Source of the DNA: Bacteroidales bacterium
GTDB taxonomy: Bacteria > Bacteroidota > Bacteroidia > Bacteroidales > Bacteroidaceae
Assembly (NCBI GenBank): GCA_029227175.1
Contig: JAQXZK010000137.1
Coordinates: forward strand, 7,467 to 71,466
Length of the DNA stretch: 64,000 nt
Direction: 5' to 3'
Numbering within the stretch: the stretch's first letter is position 1; each line of letters opens with the position of its first letter. A program made the translations under genes and the position numbers. Shown one piece after another: positions 40,729 through 50,298 of the stretch. Under the pieces are notes generated by a model. It saw only the letters and a list, made by a program, of their open reading frames with translations. It ran no database searches and was not told where the DNA came from.

Positions 40729-42480
40729 ATGAAGCTACGTAGTCATATATTCCTCTTCGTGAGTTGCGCACTTGTGCTTCTCTCTACGAGCACCTGTTCA
40801 CACCGACCCACATCCTACACCGCCATTCTAGCCAATGCCGACAGACTCACCGCCACGGCACCCGACAGCGCCATCAGTCTGCTGCGTAACCTCGAAAAGA
40901 GTGTTTCCAATGCCAGCGAGGAGGACCAAATGTACTACAAATTGCTCAAACTCAAAGCCGGCGACAAAGCCTATATCAAGCTTACGAGCGACAGCGTGGT
41001 GACCGAAGTCATCAACTACTTCAAGAGCAAGCAGGATCACGCACACCTACCCGAGGCTTACTTCTATGCCGGTCAGGTTATCTACGAATTGGGCAATACA
41101 GAGAAAGCACTCGACTGCTTCAGAAATGCCCTCAAAGAGATTGGCCAACAGGGTAAATTTCTGGCGCTCAAGAGCAAGGTACTCAATCAAATGGGTGCTC
41201 TCTACAGCGAGGAAAGCCTTTTCAATGATGCCTATGCAGCCTATAAGGAAGCCATTGAATGTAACACAATGTTAGGCAACAGAAAAGAGCAGTCAAACAA
41301 CTTGAACGCCATTGCCGCCACCTTCCTCTATAAAGCCGAAATGGACAGTGCGTTACATTACTACCGTCTGGCTTTAGACATTGCACAGAACGACGGAGAC
41401 GAAGACCTCATCAACCGCATCAGTGTACAAATGGCACGCATCTACATGCGCAACCAACAGCTTGACTCCATTCCCAACTATATCTCCAAGGCCGTACGCT
41501 GCAAAGACAGTCAAGACCGCGATGCAGCCTATCTCCTCGCAGCGGAATACTATCACAAAAGGGGCCAGACAGACTCAACGGCCTATTACTACACCCTGCT
41601 CAAGGAATCGGACAACATACATGCCCATCGCATGGCCTCTTATGGTCTGTCTATGATTGAACTCTCCAAGGAAAACCCTAAAGAGGCCTTTTCCGTACTC
41701 TACCAATACTTTCACAACAACAACCTGAAGGAGCAATATGAGGATGATGTAGACTATAGGCAGATTGAGTCACACTTTAAATACATGATGTACGAAAAGG
41801 AAAACATGCTCTTGAAGTCACTGCACAAGCAGCATACGATTATCATCATTTCCGTCGTACTCATTACCTTACTTGTCCTTGTCTTTATCTGGAGCATCCG
41901 CGGCTGGCGCAGACGACGCCTAAACTCTTCCATTCAGTTACTCGAGAACCTGAAACATCGCGACTATGTGCGCAGCGACGAATATATCTCCCGGCAACGG
42001 AAAGAAATCCAATCTCTGGAGAAGCAACTCCGGCAAGACGAAGGACAGAGCGACAGCCTCCGCCAGGAACTGCAACGTCTGTACGAAAACTATAAACTGA
42101 ACATGCAACGTGCCGAATTGGCAAAGGCAGAAAAGGAAATAGCCAAGAAAAACCTGCAAAACTCTGAGGCCTACCAGCAGATGATGCGTTGCATCGACCA
42201 CGACAAACAGCCGACCAAGGAACAATGGAAAGCCTTGGAAGAGGCCGTCAACCAGGAGTTTTTCGGATTTACAAGCACGCTCAAATCCATCTACCCCATT
42301 AACACCCGACAGCTACACATTTGTCTGCTGCAGAAAGCAGAATTTTCACGCTACGACATTCCGAAACTAATGGGTATGAGCATGGATGAAACCATGCAAC
42401 TGCGTAAACAAATTACGGCCAGATTCATTGGCAAGAACGGAACGCTCGCCGACCTGGCACATCTCATAGACGGCATCTGA
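40729..42480 (+). CDS. TPR-repeat membrane-spanning sensor with putative C-terminal LuxR-like HTH
   Basis: Signal/lipobox-like N-terminus; TPR motifs (AYFYAG, ALDCF..AL, ALHYY..AL); TM IIIISVVLITLLVLVFIW; coiled coil; helical tail. Confidence 0.7.
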   Translation: MKLRSHIFLFVSCALVLLSTSTCSHRPTSYTAILANADRLTATAPDSAISLLRNLEKSVSNASEEDQMYYKLLKLKAGDKAYIKLTSDSVVTEVINYFKSKQDHAHLPEAYFYAGQVIYELGNTEKALDCFRNALKEIGQQGKFLALKSKVLNQMGALYSEESLFNDAYAAYKEAIECNTMLGNRKEQSNNLNAIAATFLYKAEMDSALHYYRLALDIAQNDGDEDLINRISVQMARIYMRNQQLDSIPNYISKAVRCKDSQDRDAAYLLAAEYYHKRGQTDSTAYYYTLLKESDNIHAHRMASYGLSMIELSKENPKEAFSVLYQYFHNNNLKEQYEDDVDYRQIESHFKYMMYEKENMLLKSLHKQHTIIIISVVLITLLVLVFIWSIRGWRRRRLNSSIQLLENLKHRDYVRSDEYISRQRKEIQSLEKQLRQDEGQSDSLRQELQRLYENYKLNMQRAELAKAEKEIAKKNLQNSEAYQQMMRCIDHDKQPTKEQWKALEEAVNQEFFGFTSTLKSIYPINTRQLHICLLQKAEFSRYDIPKLMGMSMDETMQLRKQITARFIGKNGTLADLAHLIDGI

Positions 42481-42524
42481 CATTAACGTCTCATCCCCCC
42501 CGATAAAGATAATTTTTCAAAACA

Positions 42525-42612
42525 CCGTTCAAACAACGTTACAATGTTATTGCAATACTATTGCAATGACGTTGCAACGCCATTATAAGGCTGTTGCAAC
42601 ACTTTTCGAACG
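42525..42612. repeat. Eight degenerate 11-bp units each containing TTnnAA
   Basis: CCGTTCAAACA ACGTTACAATG TTATTGCAATA CTATTGCAATG ACGTTGCAACG CCATTATAAGG CTGTTGCAACA CTTTTCGAACG. Confidence 0.85.
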
Positions 42613-42704
42613 CAACAAAAACAGCACAGAGTCCCGAACTTAGGTCTATCGACCGATTTTGTGCTAAAGTCAGGAAAAGACGCAACGTGCAATACTTCAC
42701 GTCA

Positions 42705-42818
42705 AGTACTGGAGTACTTCATATGGAGTACTGCTGTCATCCCTAAGAGAGTACTCGAGTACCCGCCGCGGGGTACTTCACCTTGTCTCTGATTAACCCA
42801 AATCGGTCAATAGGATTT
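42705..42818. repeat. GTAC-rich ~22-bp array plus AACCCAAATCGGTCA motif shared with 33.7 kb
   Basis: (A/G)GTACT at 42705, 42727, 42750, 42772; AACCCAAATCGGTCA present in both places. Confidence 0.7.
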
Positions 42819-42830
42819 TGGGGGGTAAGC

Positions 42831-42870
42831 AAAAATTAAAGGGCTGACTCCGGCAAACGGAATCAACCCT
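42831..42870 (-). terminator. Intrinsic terminator of the sulfatase gene
   Basis: Minus strand AGGGTTGATTCCG-TTTGC-CGGAGTCAGCCCT followed by TTAATTTTT. Confidence 0.8.
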
Positions 42871-42922
42871 CCAAGTGTGTTTATCTCGTCGCTATTGCGG
42901 ACGGTAATACTCTCGACTTACG

Positions 42923-44461
42923 TCAATATGTAATCAACTCGGGAAGGAGTTTGTCCTGATACCAGCGGTCGTCGATTCTCTTCAGTTCTTGACCGAGTTT
43001 CTGGCAAAGCTCCTTGACCACTTCAGGCTTTTCATCCAACGGAATGTTACGCTGCTGATACGGGTCTTCTACGTCGTCGAAGAACAATGACTCACGCAGT
43101 TTTCCGGTCTTTTTGTCCAGGTAGAAAGCAATGGTATATCTATCTGTCTTCAAGCCGCGTGCATTGGGATAGAAATCATAGAACAGTCCGTCCTCTCCCT
43201 TGCGCCCATCAGAATTCTGGAAATACAAGGCCGATTCAGGGCGTTCCACGGTAGTTGTCTCGGGATTGAAAAAGATATCTGACAGGTCACGACCGTGAAG
43301 ATGTCCCGGTATCATGTGCTTCAAGCCTACAAGACCCAAGAGTGTGGGGTAGATGTCGGGTGTGGAGAGCATGAGGTTGTCTACACGCGGCTTCAGGTGG
43401 TCGGGATAGCGAATCATGAACGGCACATTGACCGACTCGGCATAAGGTGAGTTTTTCGGGTCTTTGACACCCTGACTGCACATGGTTTCGCCGTGGTCGG
43501 AGGTGAATATCACAATCGTGTTCTTATCCAGTCCGAGTTCTTTCAGTGCGTCGAGTATACGTCCAAATTCGCGGTCCACACCGGTCACGTTGGCAAAGTA
43601 ATAAGGCGCACTCTTTGTCTTGTCCATGCTGAAGTCTACATTGGGGCGTACCAACAGGCTATCCAAAGGAGTGTCCTTATATAGGTTATAGTCTTCTTCC
43701 ATGCAGTCCTTGGTAGACTGATAGGGGCTGTGAGGAGGATTCATGGAAATCATCATGAAGAATGGCTTGGAACTGTCGCGCAACTTGCCACCTTCGTTTC
43801 TCATGTATTCGATGGCCTTGTCAGCCTCGTGCTTGGGTGAATATTCGTGCGGGTCATGTCGATTACCCTCGCTGTCCCAGTAATGGGGATTCTTGTGAAC
43901 ATCAAATGTGCCATAGGAGTACCAGAAATCAAAATGATGACGCTGGTGTGGCTCGGTATAAGCATCCCAAGCTGGTACTCTGGACTCGACGTACTGCCCC
44001 GGGTGTTGCGGGTCGTTCGGCGTAGGACAGAAGAGATGCAGCTTTCCTATGTATGCGCAGTCATAGCCTGCCTCGTAAAGGACATCGCTCACGCAGGTTG
44101 CCGAATCAGGAAGCGAACAAGTGGGACGGAACGACTGACAGTTATTTGGGACACCGCTCTTGTTGGAATACATGCCTGTAAAAAGACTGCCGCGGTGCGG
44201 ACTGCTGACCGGATTGTTGCTGAAGCACGAAGACAGAACCACCGACTGGCGTGCAAATTCATTCAGTCGCGGCGTGTGGGTTGGGTCTCCCTGAAAATTG
44301 ACATACGGACGGAATTCATCCTGAGACCAATACTCCATGGCCGCATTGCGCAACTGGTCGGGAAACACATAAATGATGTTTGGCAACTGTGGAGCAGACT
44401 GCTGGGCATTGCAGGCTGTCAAGGCAATAAGCCCCATACCTCCCAATACAAAGTTTTTCAT
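42923..44461 (-). CDS. Ser-type sulfatase, lipoprotein
   Basis: Lipobox LTAC; PNIIYVFPDQ; SSPHRGSLFTG (S-x-P-x-R); YIGKLHL; FTSDHG. Confidence 0.92.
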   Translation of the reverse strand: MKNFVLGGMGLIALTACNAQQSAPQLPNIIYVFPDQLRNAAMEYWSQDEFRPYVNFQGDPTHTPRLNEFARQSVVLSSCFSNNPVSSPHRGSLFTGMYSNKSGVPNNCQSFRPTCSLPDSATCVSDVLYEAGYDCAYIGKLHLFCPTPNDPQHPGQYVESRVPAWDAYTEPHQRHHFDFWYSYGTFDVHKNPHYWDSEGNRHDPHEYSPKHEADKAIEYMRNEGGKLRDSSKPFFMMISMNPPHSPYQSTKDCMEEDYNLYKDTPLDSLLVRPNVDFSMDKTKSAPYYFANVTGVDREFGRILDALKELGLDKNTIVIFTSDHGETMCSQGVKDPKNSPYAESVNVPFMIRYPDHLKPRVDNLMLSTPDIYPTLLGLVGLKHMIPGHLHGRDLSDIFFNPETTTVERPESALYFQNSDGRKGEDGLFYDFYPNARGLKTDRYTIAFYLDKKTGKLRESLFFDDVEDPYQQRNIPLDEKPEVVKELCQKLGQELKRIDDRWYQDKLLPELITY

Positions 44462-44486
44462 GATATCCAGATTTTAAAGTAAAACA

Positions 44487-45389
44487 TTATTTCTTCTTTT
44501 TAACGACAGACTCAATGGGATGTCGCAGGCCTCGTGCATCCTTGAAGAACGCCTTCGCCGAACCAAAATGGAGATACATATCCAAGCGGATGGGCAGGTG
44601 ATTCTTGTCATCGGAGATGTAAAAGGTAATGACCTCCTTCTCCTTTCCCTTGGGATATTCGACAAACGAGAACACGAGACAGCGGTATGTCTTTTTATCG
44701 CTGGCCTCGATTTCCTTGATGCCCCGATAAATCAGCGTCTGCTCCTCAACCTTCTTTCCCGTACACATGGGGAAGAGGATTTTATCGCCCACTTTATAAT
44801 CGGTCGGGTCATAAGAACGAGCATGAGAGAGGATACTGAGCATATCAAAGATGCACAAGTCGCTCTCGTACTGCGTCTCAACGGCAGGCTTGTCCCTGTA
44901 GGTGCGCTTCTGCTTCACGTGCGACTTGCCGTTAGCATAACTGTACCAAGCCTCATCAACGGTATAACGCTTGCCTTCCTCGGCACCCTTCCTATAATAT
45001 ATGGGCTCCAAATTCTCTGTCACGACACTGGTTATGGTATCGCGCATCTTGAAGTAGAAATCGGTCTGCTTGCTGCTTATACAATGCAGATTGAAGCGGT
45101 AGGCCTTCTTCTGCCTATAGGTTGTGTCCTGCGTGTTCAGCGTGGCATATCCAACTTTCTTCCAAATGAATTTCCAGTTGAAGTACAAGTCATAAACAAT
45201 GCTCTCTCCACTCTTGAATGCATCGTTTCGCGCCTGACACTGTGCGAATGCCGCACTTGGAGACAGGCAGCAAAGAAGCAGACAGGCCACAAGGAACCGA
45301 CTAACGACGAAGCGAGCGGTTTGACGAGCTGTTGTTGTTCCTGTTATTGTTTCTGGAATTGTTTCGTTCTCTTTTCTTTCTTTCATCAT
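44487..45389 (-). CDS. DUF3108-domain protein (start uncertain)
   Basis: Signal-like stretch then AQC...AFKSGE..Y..YFNW; C-terminal DDKNHLPIRLD..FGSAKA. Confidence 0.8.
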   Translation of the reverse strand: MMKERKENETIPETITGTTTARQTARFVVSRFLVACLLLCCLSPSAAFAQCQARNDAFKSGESIVYDLYFNWKFIWKKVGYATLNTQDTTYRQKKAYRFNLHCISSKQTDFYFKMRDTITSVVTENLEPIYYRKGAEEGKRYTVDEAWYSYANGKSHVKQKRTYRDKPAVETQYESDLCIFDMLSILSHARSYDPTDYKVGDKILFPMCTGKKVEEQTLIYRGIKEIEASDKKTYRCLVFSFVEYPKGKEKEVITFYISDDKNHLPIRLDMYLHFGSAKAFFKDARGLRHPIESVVKKKK

Positions 45390-47289
45390 CTGGTTTCTGT
45401 TTCTTTAGTTCTGATGGTTTCTGGGCATGTGCTGCGCGCTCATGGATGTTCCACGTTTGGGTAATGTCAAAATTGGCCTTCAGATTTATGAGTTGCCAAT
45501 AGTAATATACCTCTTCCGCCTGCAGGTGTTCGGCATACTTTCCTGTGTCCCACATACCATTGTTGTTTCTATCTATTATCAGGCGCGCCCCATACTTTCC
45601 CGGATTAAGAAAGTAGAAGTCGGCCCTATCGTTTTCTACCGTAACCGTACGGAGTACCTTGTCCTGCTCGTCGAGCAACTCCACAAAGGCTGTCGTGTCA
45701 ACTCCCGAGATGTCAAAGAATATTTGTCCGTACTCTTCCAATTTCTTGACCTTGAAGTTCCGCTTCTGCCTGTTGGTGCACTTACCATAGATGTTGACAC
45801 ACGCCAGCGAATCCATCTCAAATGTGTACTCACCACCTGTGATCCAGTCCTCCCTCGGTATGATATTGTAAGTCATGATTGACATCGAGTCACGTTCGAA
45901 GTCATAGGGAACGTCACTCCACAAGGTATCTATCTTTTGCCTGATATGAATCATTGACGTGTCCACCGACTCCACCGGTTCCGTGAACTTAATCGAGATG
46001 AAGTCATACACGTCCATGGACTGTGGCGCATATATTTCCACGGAAAGATAGTCTTCCTTAGGCTTTACCTCCTCACCTTTTTTCCTTTTCTTGGCCGCAG
46101 CCTTTTCGGCTTTCTCCCTTTCTTCGGCCTCTCGCTCCATCAGTTTCTTATAAGGAGTCTTGGAGACGATGCGTACAGTGTCATTAAAGGGCAAACGTCG
46201 GTTCAGACTGTCCATCTTGTCATAGGTAAGTACCATCCGCAAGGTATCCTGCTGAAAGAGCAAAGAGTCACGTATCCAGTAGTGAAGCGTGTCAATCCGA
46301 CCGGTTGGCTGCTCGACGATGAACGCGTCCCTTGCCTCAAAGTTCAATCCTTCCATCATGGGTAAGGAATCCATAGGAGCGGTAAAGTACAGGGTGAACT
46401 TATTGGGCTTCAGACGCTCCATCTTTGAGAGACGCTGGTTCCACACGTCTTCCTTGAAACAACGAAGGACGATGTCGTCAGGAAGGTAGTGGGTATAGTC
46501 GCGCACGGTAATGGTATCTATGGTCAACGTGTCAATCCACGTCGTGTCCCTTCTGATGCGACGCTCAAAATGCGGTGTGATGATAGAATCGCCAAAAGCT
46601 ATTACTTCCCCTGGTTGGGAGAAATAATAATTCTGGTCGGCATCCTGCAACGCAAAGATACGGTAACTGCCTGGTGCAATTCCCTTAATGGAGAATCGTC
46701 CACGGCTGTCGGTCTTTCCTACTCGGTCAAAGGGCAAAGTGGTAAAGACAGAGTCATCCATATTGGCATAAAGGCCTACAACAGCTCCCTTGACAGGCTC
46801 AAGGTCTTTCGCGTTGAGCAAAAAGCCCGATACGGCCATAGTATCAAGAATAGAACCGGTCGAGAATGAATACTGGAAGTTCTCCAGCGGATTTCCTTCG
46901 TTGTTATCCTGAATAGCATCACCGAAATCAAAGGTGTAGGTTGTATTTGCCTTCAGGGTGTCTTGCAACTTGATGATGACCTTCTTGCCACTTGCCGTTA
47001 TCTCGGGCATGTTGACCTGAGGAGGTGAAATGACTACCTTCTCACTTGCCTTCTCAAGCTTCAGAAATTCGTTGAACACCAATGAAATCTTGGAACGGTT
47101 GGCATTTAATGCCCCTTGTACCGGTGTACTGGACAGGAAGACAGGAGGTTCCTCGTCATAAGGGCCGCCCTCTATTCTGCCCACACTGGCACACGAATAG
47201 AGTATCAACCCTATTATCAAAGCAAAAGCCAGATATCTCACTTTGCAATGCCTGTCAAGCCACTTGTCCCAAGATGATTTCATGGCCAT
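45301..47289 (-). CDS. Ig-like (Big_5) domain lipoprotein
   Basis: YSCAS...GGPYDEEPP; FNEFLKL; LKANTTYTFDFGDAIQDNNEGN; FSTG. Confidence 0.8.
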   Translation of the reverse strand: MAMKSSWDKWLDRHCKVRYLAFALIIGLILYSCASVGRIEGGPYDEEPPVFLSSTPVQGALNANRSKISLVFNEFLKLEKASEKVVISPPQVNMPEITASGKKVIIKLQDTLKANTTYTFDFGDAIQDNNEGNPLENFQYSFSTGSILDTMAVSGFLLNAKDLEPVKGAVVGLYANMDDSVFTTLPFDRVGKTDSRGRFSIKGIAPGSYRIFALQDADQNYYFSQPGEVIAFGDSIITPHFERRIRRDTTWIDTLTIDTITVRDYTHYLPDDIVLRCFKEDVWNQRLSKMERLKPNKFTLYFTAPMDSLPMMEGLNFEARDAFIVEQPTGRIDTLHYWIRDSLLFQQDTLRMVLTYDKMDSLNRRLPFNDTVRIVSKTPYKKLMEREAEEREKAEKAAAKKRKKGEEVKPKEDYLSVEIYAPQSMDVYDFISIKFTEPVESVDTSMIHIRQKIDTLWSDVPYDFERDSMSIMTYNIIPREDWITGGEYTFEMDSLACVNIYGKCTNRQKRNFKVKKLEEYGQIFFDISGVDTTAFVELLDEQDKVLRTVTVENDRADFYFLNPGKYGARLIIDRNNNGMWDTGKYAEHLQAEEVYYYWQLINLKANFDITQTWNIHERAAHAQKPSELKKQKPDDERKKRERNNSRNNNRNNNSSSNRSLRR

Positions 47290-47293
47290 TCGA

Positions 47294-49111
47294 CTACATT
47301 CTTTCAGGCAACTCTATGCCAAGCAGTCCCATGCCCAGTTTGATAACCTTGGCCACATTGGCAGAAAGTGCCAGACGGAACATCTTGACATCCGGATTTT
47401 CTTCGCGCAGAATGCTGAAATCGTGATAGAACTGATTATACTCCTTCGTCAAATCATAGCAGTAATTGGCAATTACACTCGGGAGATAATCATCACCGGC
47501 CTGCTTGACTGTTACGGCAAAGTCAGCCAAAAGTTGTATTAGGTTCTTCTCTTTCTCGCTCAACGCAACATGGTTGGGGATAACTGCCGGTATCTCCAGT
47601 CCTGCCTCTGCCGCCTTGCGAAGAATAGAACGTATGCGGGCATAAGTATACTGAATGAACGGACCTGTATTGCCGTTGAAGTCTATGGACTCCTTCGGGT
47701 TGAAGGTCATGTTCTTACGAGCATCAACCTTGAGAATGAAATACTTCAATGCGCCAAGACCCACGATACGTGAGATTTCTCTTACTTCCTGCTCGTCCAT
47801 CTCTTCCAGTTTGCCTGTCTCAACAGACATCTGATAAGCCGACTCAACCATCTTGTCCATCAAGTCATCGGCATCAACGACCGTACCCTCCCTACTCTTC
47901 ATCTTTCCTTCCGGGAGTTCAACCATTCCGTATGAGAAATGAACCAAGTCCTTACCCCATTCGAAACCAAGTTTGTCGAGCAGGATGGAGAGCACCTGAA
48001 AATGGTAGTTCTGCTCATTTCCCACCACATAAATCATCTTGTTAATAGGATAGTCCTGGAAACGAAGCTTTGCCGTACCAATGTCCTGAGTCATATAGAC
48101 AGAAGTTCCGTCGCTACGCAACAGCAGCTTCTGGTCCAGTCCCTCGGGAGTTAGGTCAGCCCATACCGAGCCATCTTCTTTCTTATAGAACAGACCTTTC
48201 TCCAGCCCTTCCAACACCTTGTCCTTGCCTTCAAGATAGGTTTCAGACTCGTAGTATATTTTATCAAAACCTACGCCCATTCGTTTGTAAGTTTTGTCAA
48301 ATCCATCGTAAACCCAGTTATTAAGCATCTTCCAGAGAGCGCGTGTCTCCGGGTCGTTCGCTTCCCACTTGACGAGCATCTCACGTGCTTCCTTCATCAG
48401 ACTGTTTTTCTCCTCAGCCAACGCCTTAGCCTCTTCATCTGTCTTATGACCCAACTTGTAGCACTCTATCGTCTCATTGAGCTCTTCCTTATAGTGCTTG
48501 TCAAATGCCACATAGGCATCACCTACGATGTGGTCGCCCTTGCGATTATGGGTCACGGGAGTCTCTCCACCACCCCACTTCATCCAGCCTATCATGGACT
48601 TACAGATATGAATACCTCTATCGTTCACAATATTTGTCTTTACGACCTTATTGCCGTTTGCCTCTACAATCTGAGCCAAAGACCAACCTAAAAGGTTATT
48701 ACGCATATGCCCCAGGTGTAAAGGCTTGTTCGTGTTTGGCGAAGAGTATTCTATCATTACAAGCGGAGAAGACTCTGTAACAGGCTTAAAACCGTACTTC
48801 TCATCGGCGTGGATTATATTCAGCAAGTCTATCCACGCTTCTGACGCAATGCTGAGATTCAAGAAACCCTTGATGACATTATAACTTGCAACCAACTTTG
48901 TGTGTTCCTTGAGATATGCACCTATCTCGGCAGCCGTATCCTCAGGCTTCTTACGTGAAATGCGCAGGAAGGGGAAAACAACTAAAGTGAGATGACCTTC
49001 AAATTCCTTTTTTGTCTTTTGTAATTGAACTTGATTTTCAGCTACATCAGATCCATAAAGAGTCTTCAGTGCATCAATAATCGACGCAACCAGATTTTGT
49101 TCTATATTCAT
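47294..49111 (-). CDS. argS: Arginine--tRNA ligase
   Basis: EYSSPNTNKPLHLGH; DGTSVYMTQD; KMKSREG; YIQYTYAR-like motif; -7 box TATCTTTG at 49140-49147. Confidence 0.98.
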   Translation of the reverse strand: MNIEQNLVASIIDALKTLYGSDVAENQVQLQKTKKEFEGHLTLVVFPFLRISRKKPEDTAAEIGAYLKEHTKLVASYNVIKGFLNLSIASEAWIDLLNIIHADEKYGFKPVTESSPLVMIEYSSPNTNKPLHLGHMRNNLLGWSLAQIVEANGNKVVKTNIVNDRGIHICKSMIGWMKWGGGETPVTHNRKGDHIVGDAYVAFDKHYKEELNETIECYKLGHKTDEEAKALAEEKNSLMKEAREMLVKWEANDPETRALWKMLNNWVYDGFDKTYKRMGVGFDKIYYESETYLEGKDKVLEGLEKGLFYKKEDGSVWADLTPEGLDQKLLLRSDGTSVYMTQDIGTAKLRFQDYPINKMIYVVGNEQNYHFQVLSILLDKLGFEWGKDLVHFSYGMVELPEGKMKSREGTVVDADDLMDKMVESAYQMSVETGKLEEMDEQEVREISRIVGLGALKYFILKVDARKNMTFNPKESIDFNGNTGPFIQYTYARIRSILRKAAEAGLEIPAVIPNHVALSEKEKNLIQLLADFAVTVKQAGDDYLPSVIANYCYDLTKEYNQFYHDFSILREENPDVKMFRLALSANVAKVIKLGMGLLGIELPERM

Positions 49112-49208
49112 GTTTTTGTGTAATTTACATTTGGTCGCGCAAAGATAGTGAATCAATGCTTTTTAGACAAAGTCAAATGAGTTAATATATGGTAAGGTTG
49201 TCTGAAAG

Positions 49209-50084
49209 TTACCTCCTTGCTGCCATATACATTCCACTTACGATGAATATTACTCCCGCAAAAGCCATCCAGGTGAAAGGTTCGTTCAGAAAAAGGAACG
49301 AGCCAAGCAAAGTAAAGAAAGGATTCAAATAGATGTAGTTTGTGGCCTTTACCGTACCTAATTTTCTCAGTGAATGGTTCCAAAGAGCATAACAAATCAA
49401 AGAGGCTAAGACCGAAAGGAATAACAAATTACCGATGACAAGAGGATTTCTGAACAAACTCAAAGGACACTGCCACGGAACAAAAAAATAGACAGGAAGA
49501 ATCGTAACAAGTCCATAGAAAAACACCTTTCGCGTAATGAAATTGATGTCGTATCTCTTAAACAAATCCTTAAGAAAATATCCGTAAAAGGCCCACACCA
49601 CAGAAGCAACGAGTGCGAGAATGTCTCCCTTGGGGGATAACTTCAATATAAACGAACCATTATATACCACCAACCCCACTCCCACAAGAGATATTAACGA
49701 ACCCACAAGGAGGTTTCGCGTGAGATGTTCATTCCTATCCAAAAGAATCAGCAACAAAGCTGTCACCAGCGGAGTTGTACAAACAATGAATGAAACATTC
49801 GTTGCCAACGTATAAGACAATGAATAATTCTCGGAAAGGAAATAAAGTGAACCACCCGTCACACCACCAAGTAACATCTTAAACTCGTCTGCCCCGGAAC
49901 GGCAAAAAAGTGGACGTGGTGCAATGAACCACATTCCTACGTATGCAATAGCAAAACGTAATGTGAATATCTCTGTCGGTGTCAAACCATTGTTTATAAG
50001 TGTTTTTGTAGAGATGAACGTAATACCCCAAACTGCCGAAACACAGATGGCAACTATATGATACAGATAGTTTTTCTCTTTCAT
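49209..50084 (-). CDS. DMT/EamA-family transporter
   Basis: Ten TM segments in two EamA repeats; WGITF; YIYLNPFF. Confidence 0.9.
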   Translation of the reverse strand: MKEKNYLYHIVAICVSAVWGITFISTKTLINNGLTPTEIFTLRFAIAYVGMWFIAPRPLFCRSGADEFKMLLGGVTGGSLYFLSENYSLSYTLATNVSFIVCTTPLVTALLLILLDRNEHLTRNLLVGSLISLVGVGLVVYNGSFILKLSPKGDILALVASVVWAFYGYFLKDLFKRYDINFITRKVFFYGLVTILPVYFFVPWQCPLSLFRNPLVIGNLLFLSVLASLICYALWNHSLRKLGTVKATNYIYLNPFFTLLGSFLFLNEPFTWMAFAGVIFIVSGMYMAARR

Positions 50085-50298
50085 TTCTCGTTAATATTTC
50101 TTTTTCGAGCTCACAAATATATTTACAATTGTTCATAAACCTCTATCTTTAGGTACATTTAGTAACCTAAATCTATGAGTTTCTGAAAATAAAGGCTTAA
50201 ATTTGCACCGCTAAAATTCGGAACTATAAACATAGTTATAAACCGAATATTCATACTTTTCAACAATAAAAATAAAAACATACAATACATAAAGTCTT

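Noticed and set aside
45447-45462. TGTTCCACGT as a parS site
   Set aside because: Only 10 of 16 bp match, and the right arm (TTGGGT) breaks the palindrome; no convincing parS was seen in the window.
44520-45464. 314-aa plus-strand ORF
   Set aside because: Antisense shadow of the DUF3108 gene with no recognisable motifs; the same applies to 43847..44482, 8993..9559, 24976..25515 and 30289..30864.
49991-50138. TGTTTATAA and TGTTCATAA boxes near the EamA/leuS junction as a second origin
   Set aside because: Only isolated copies in AT-rich DNA, one inside a CDS, with no cluster or composition switch.
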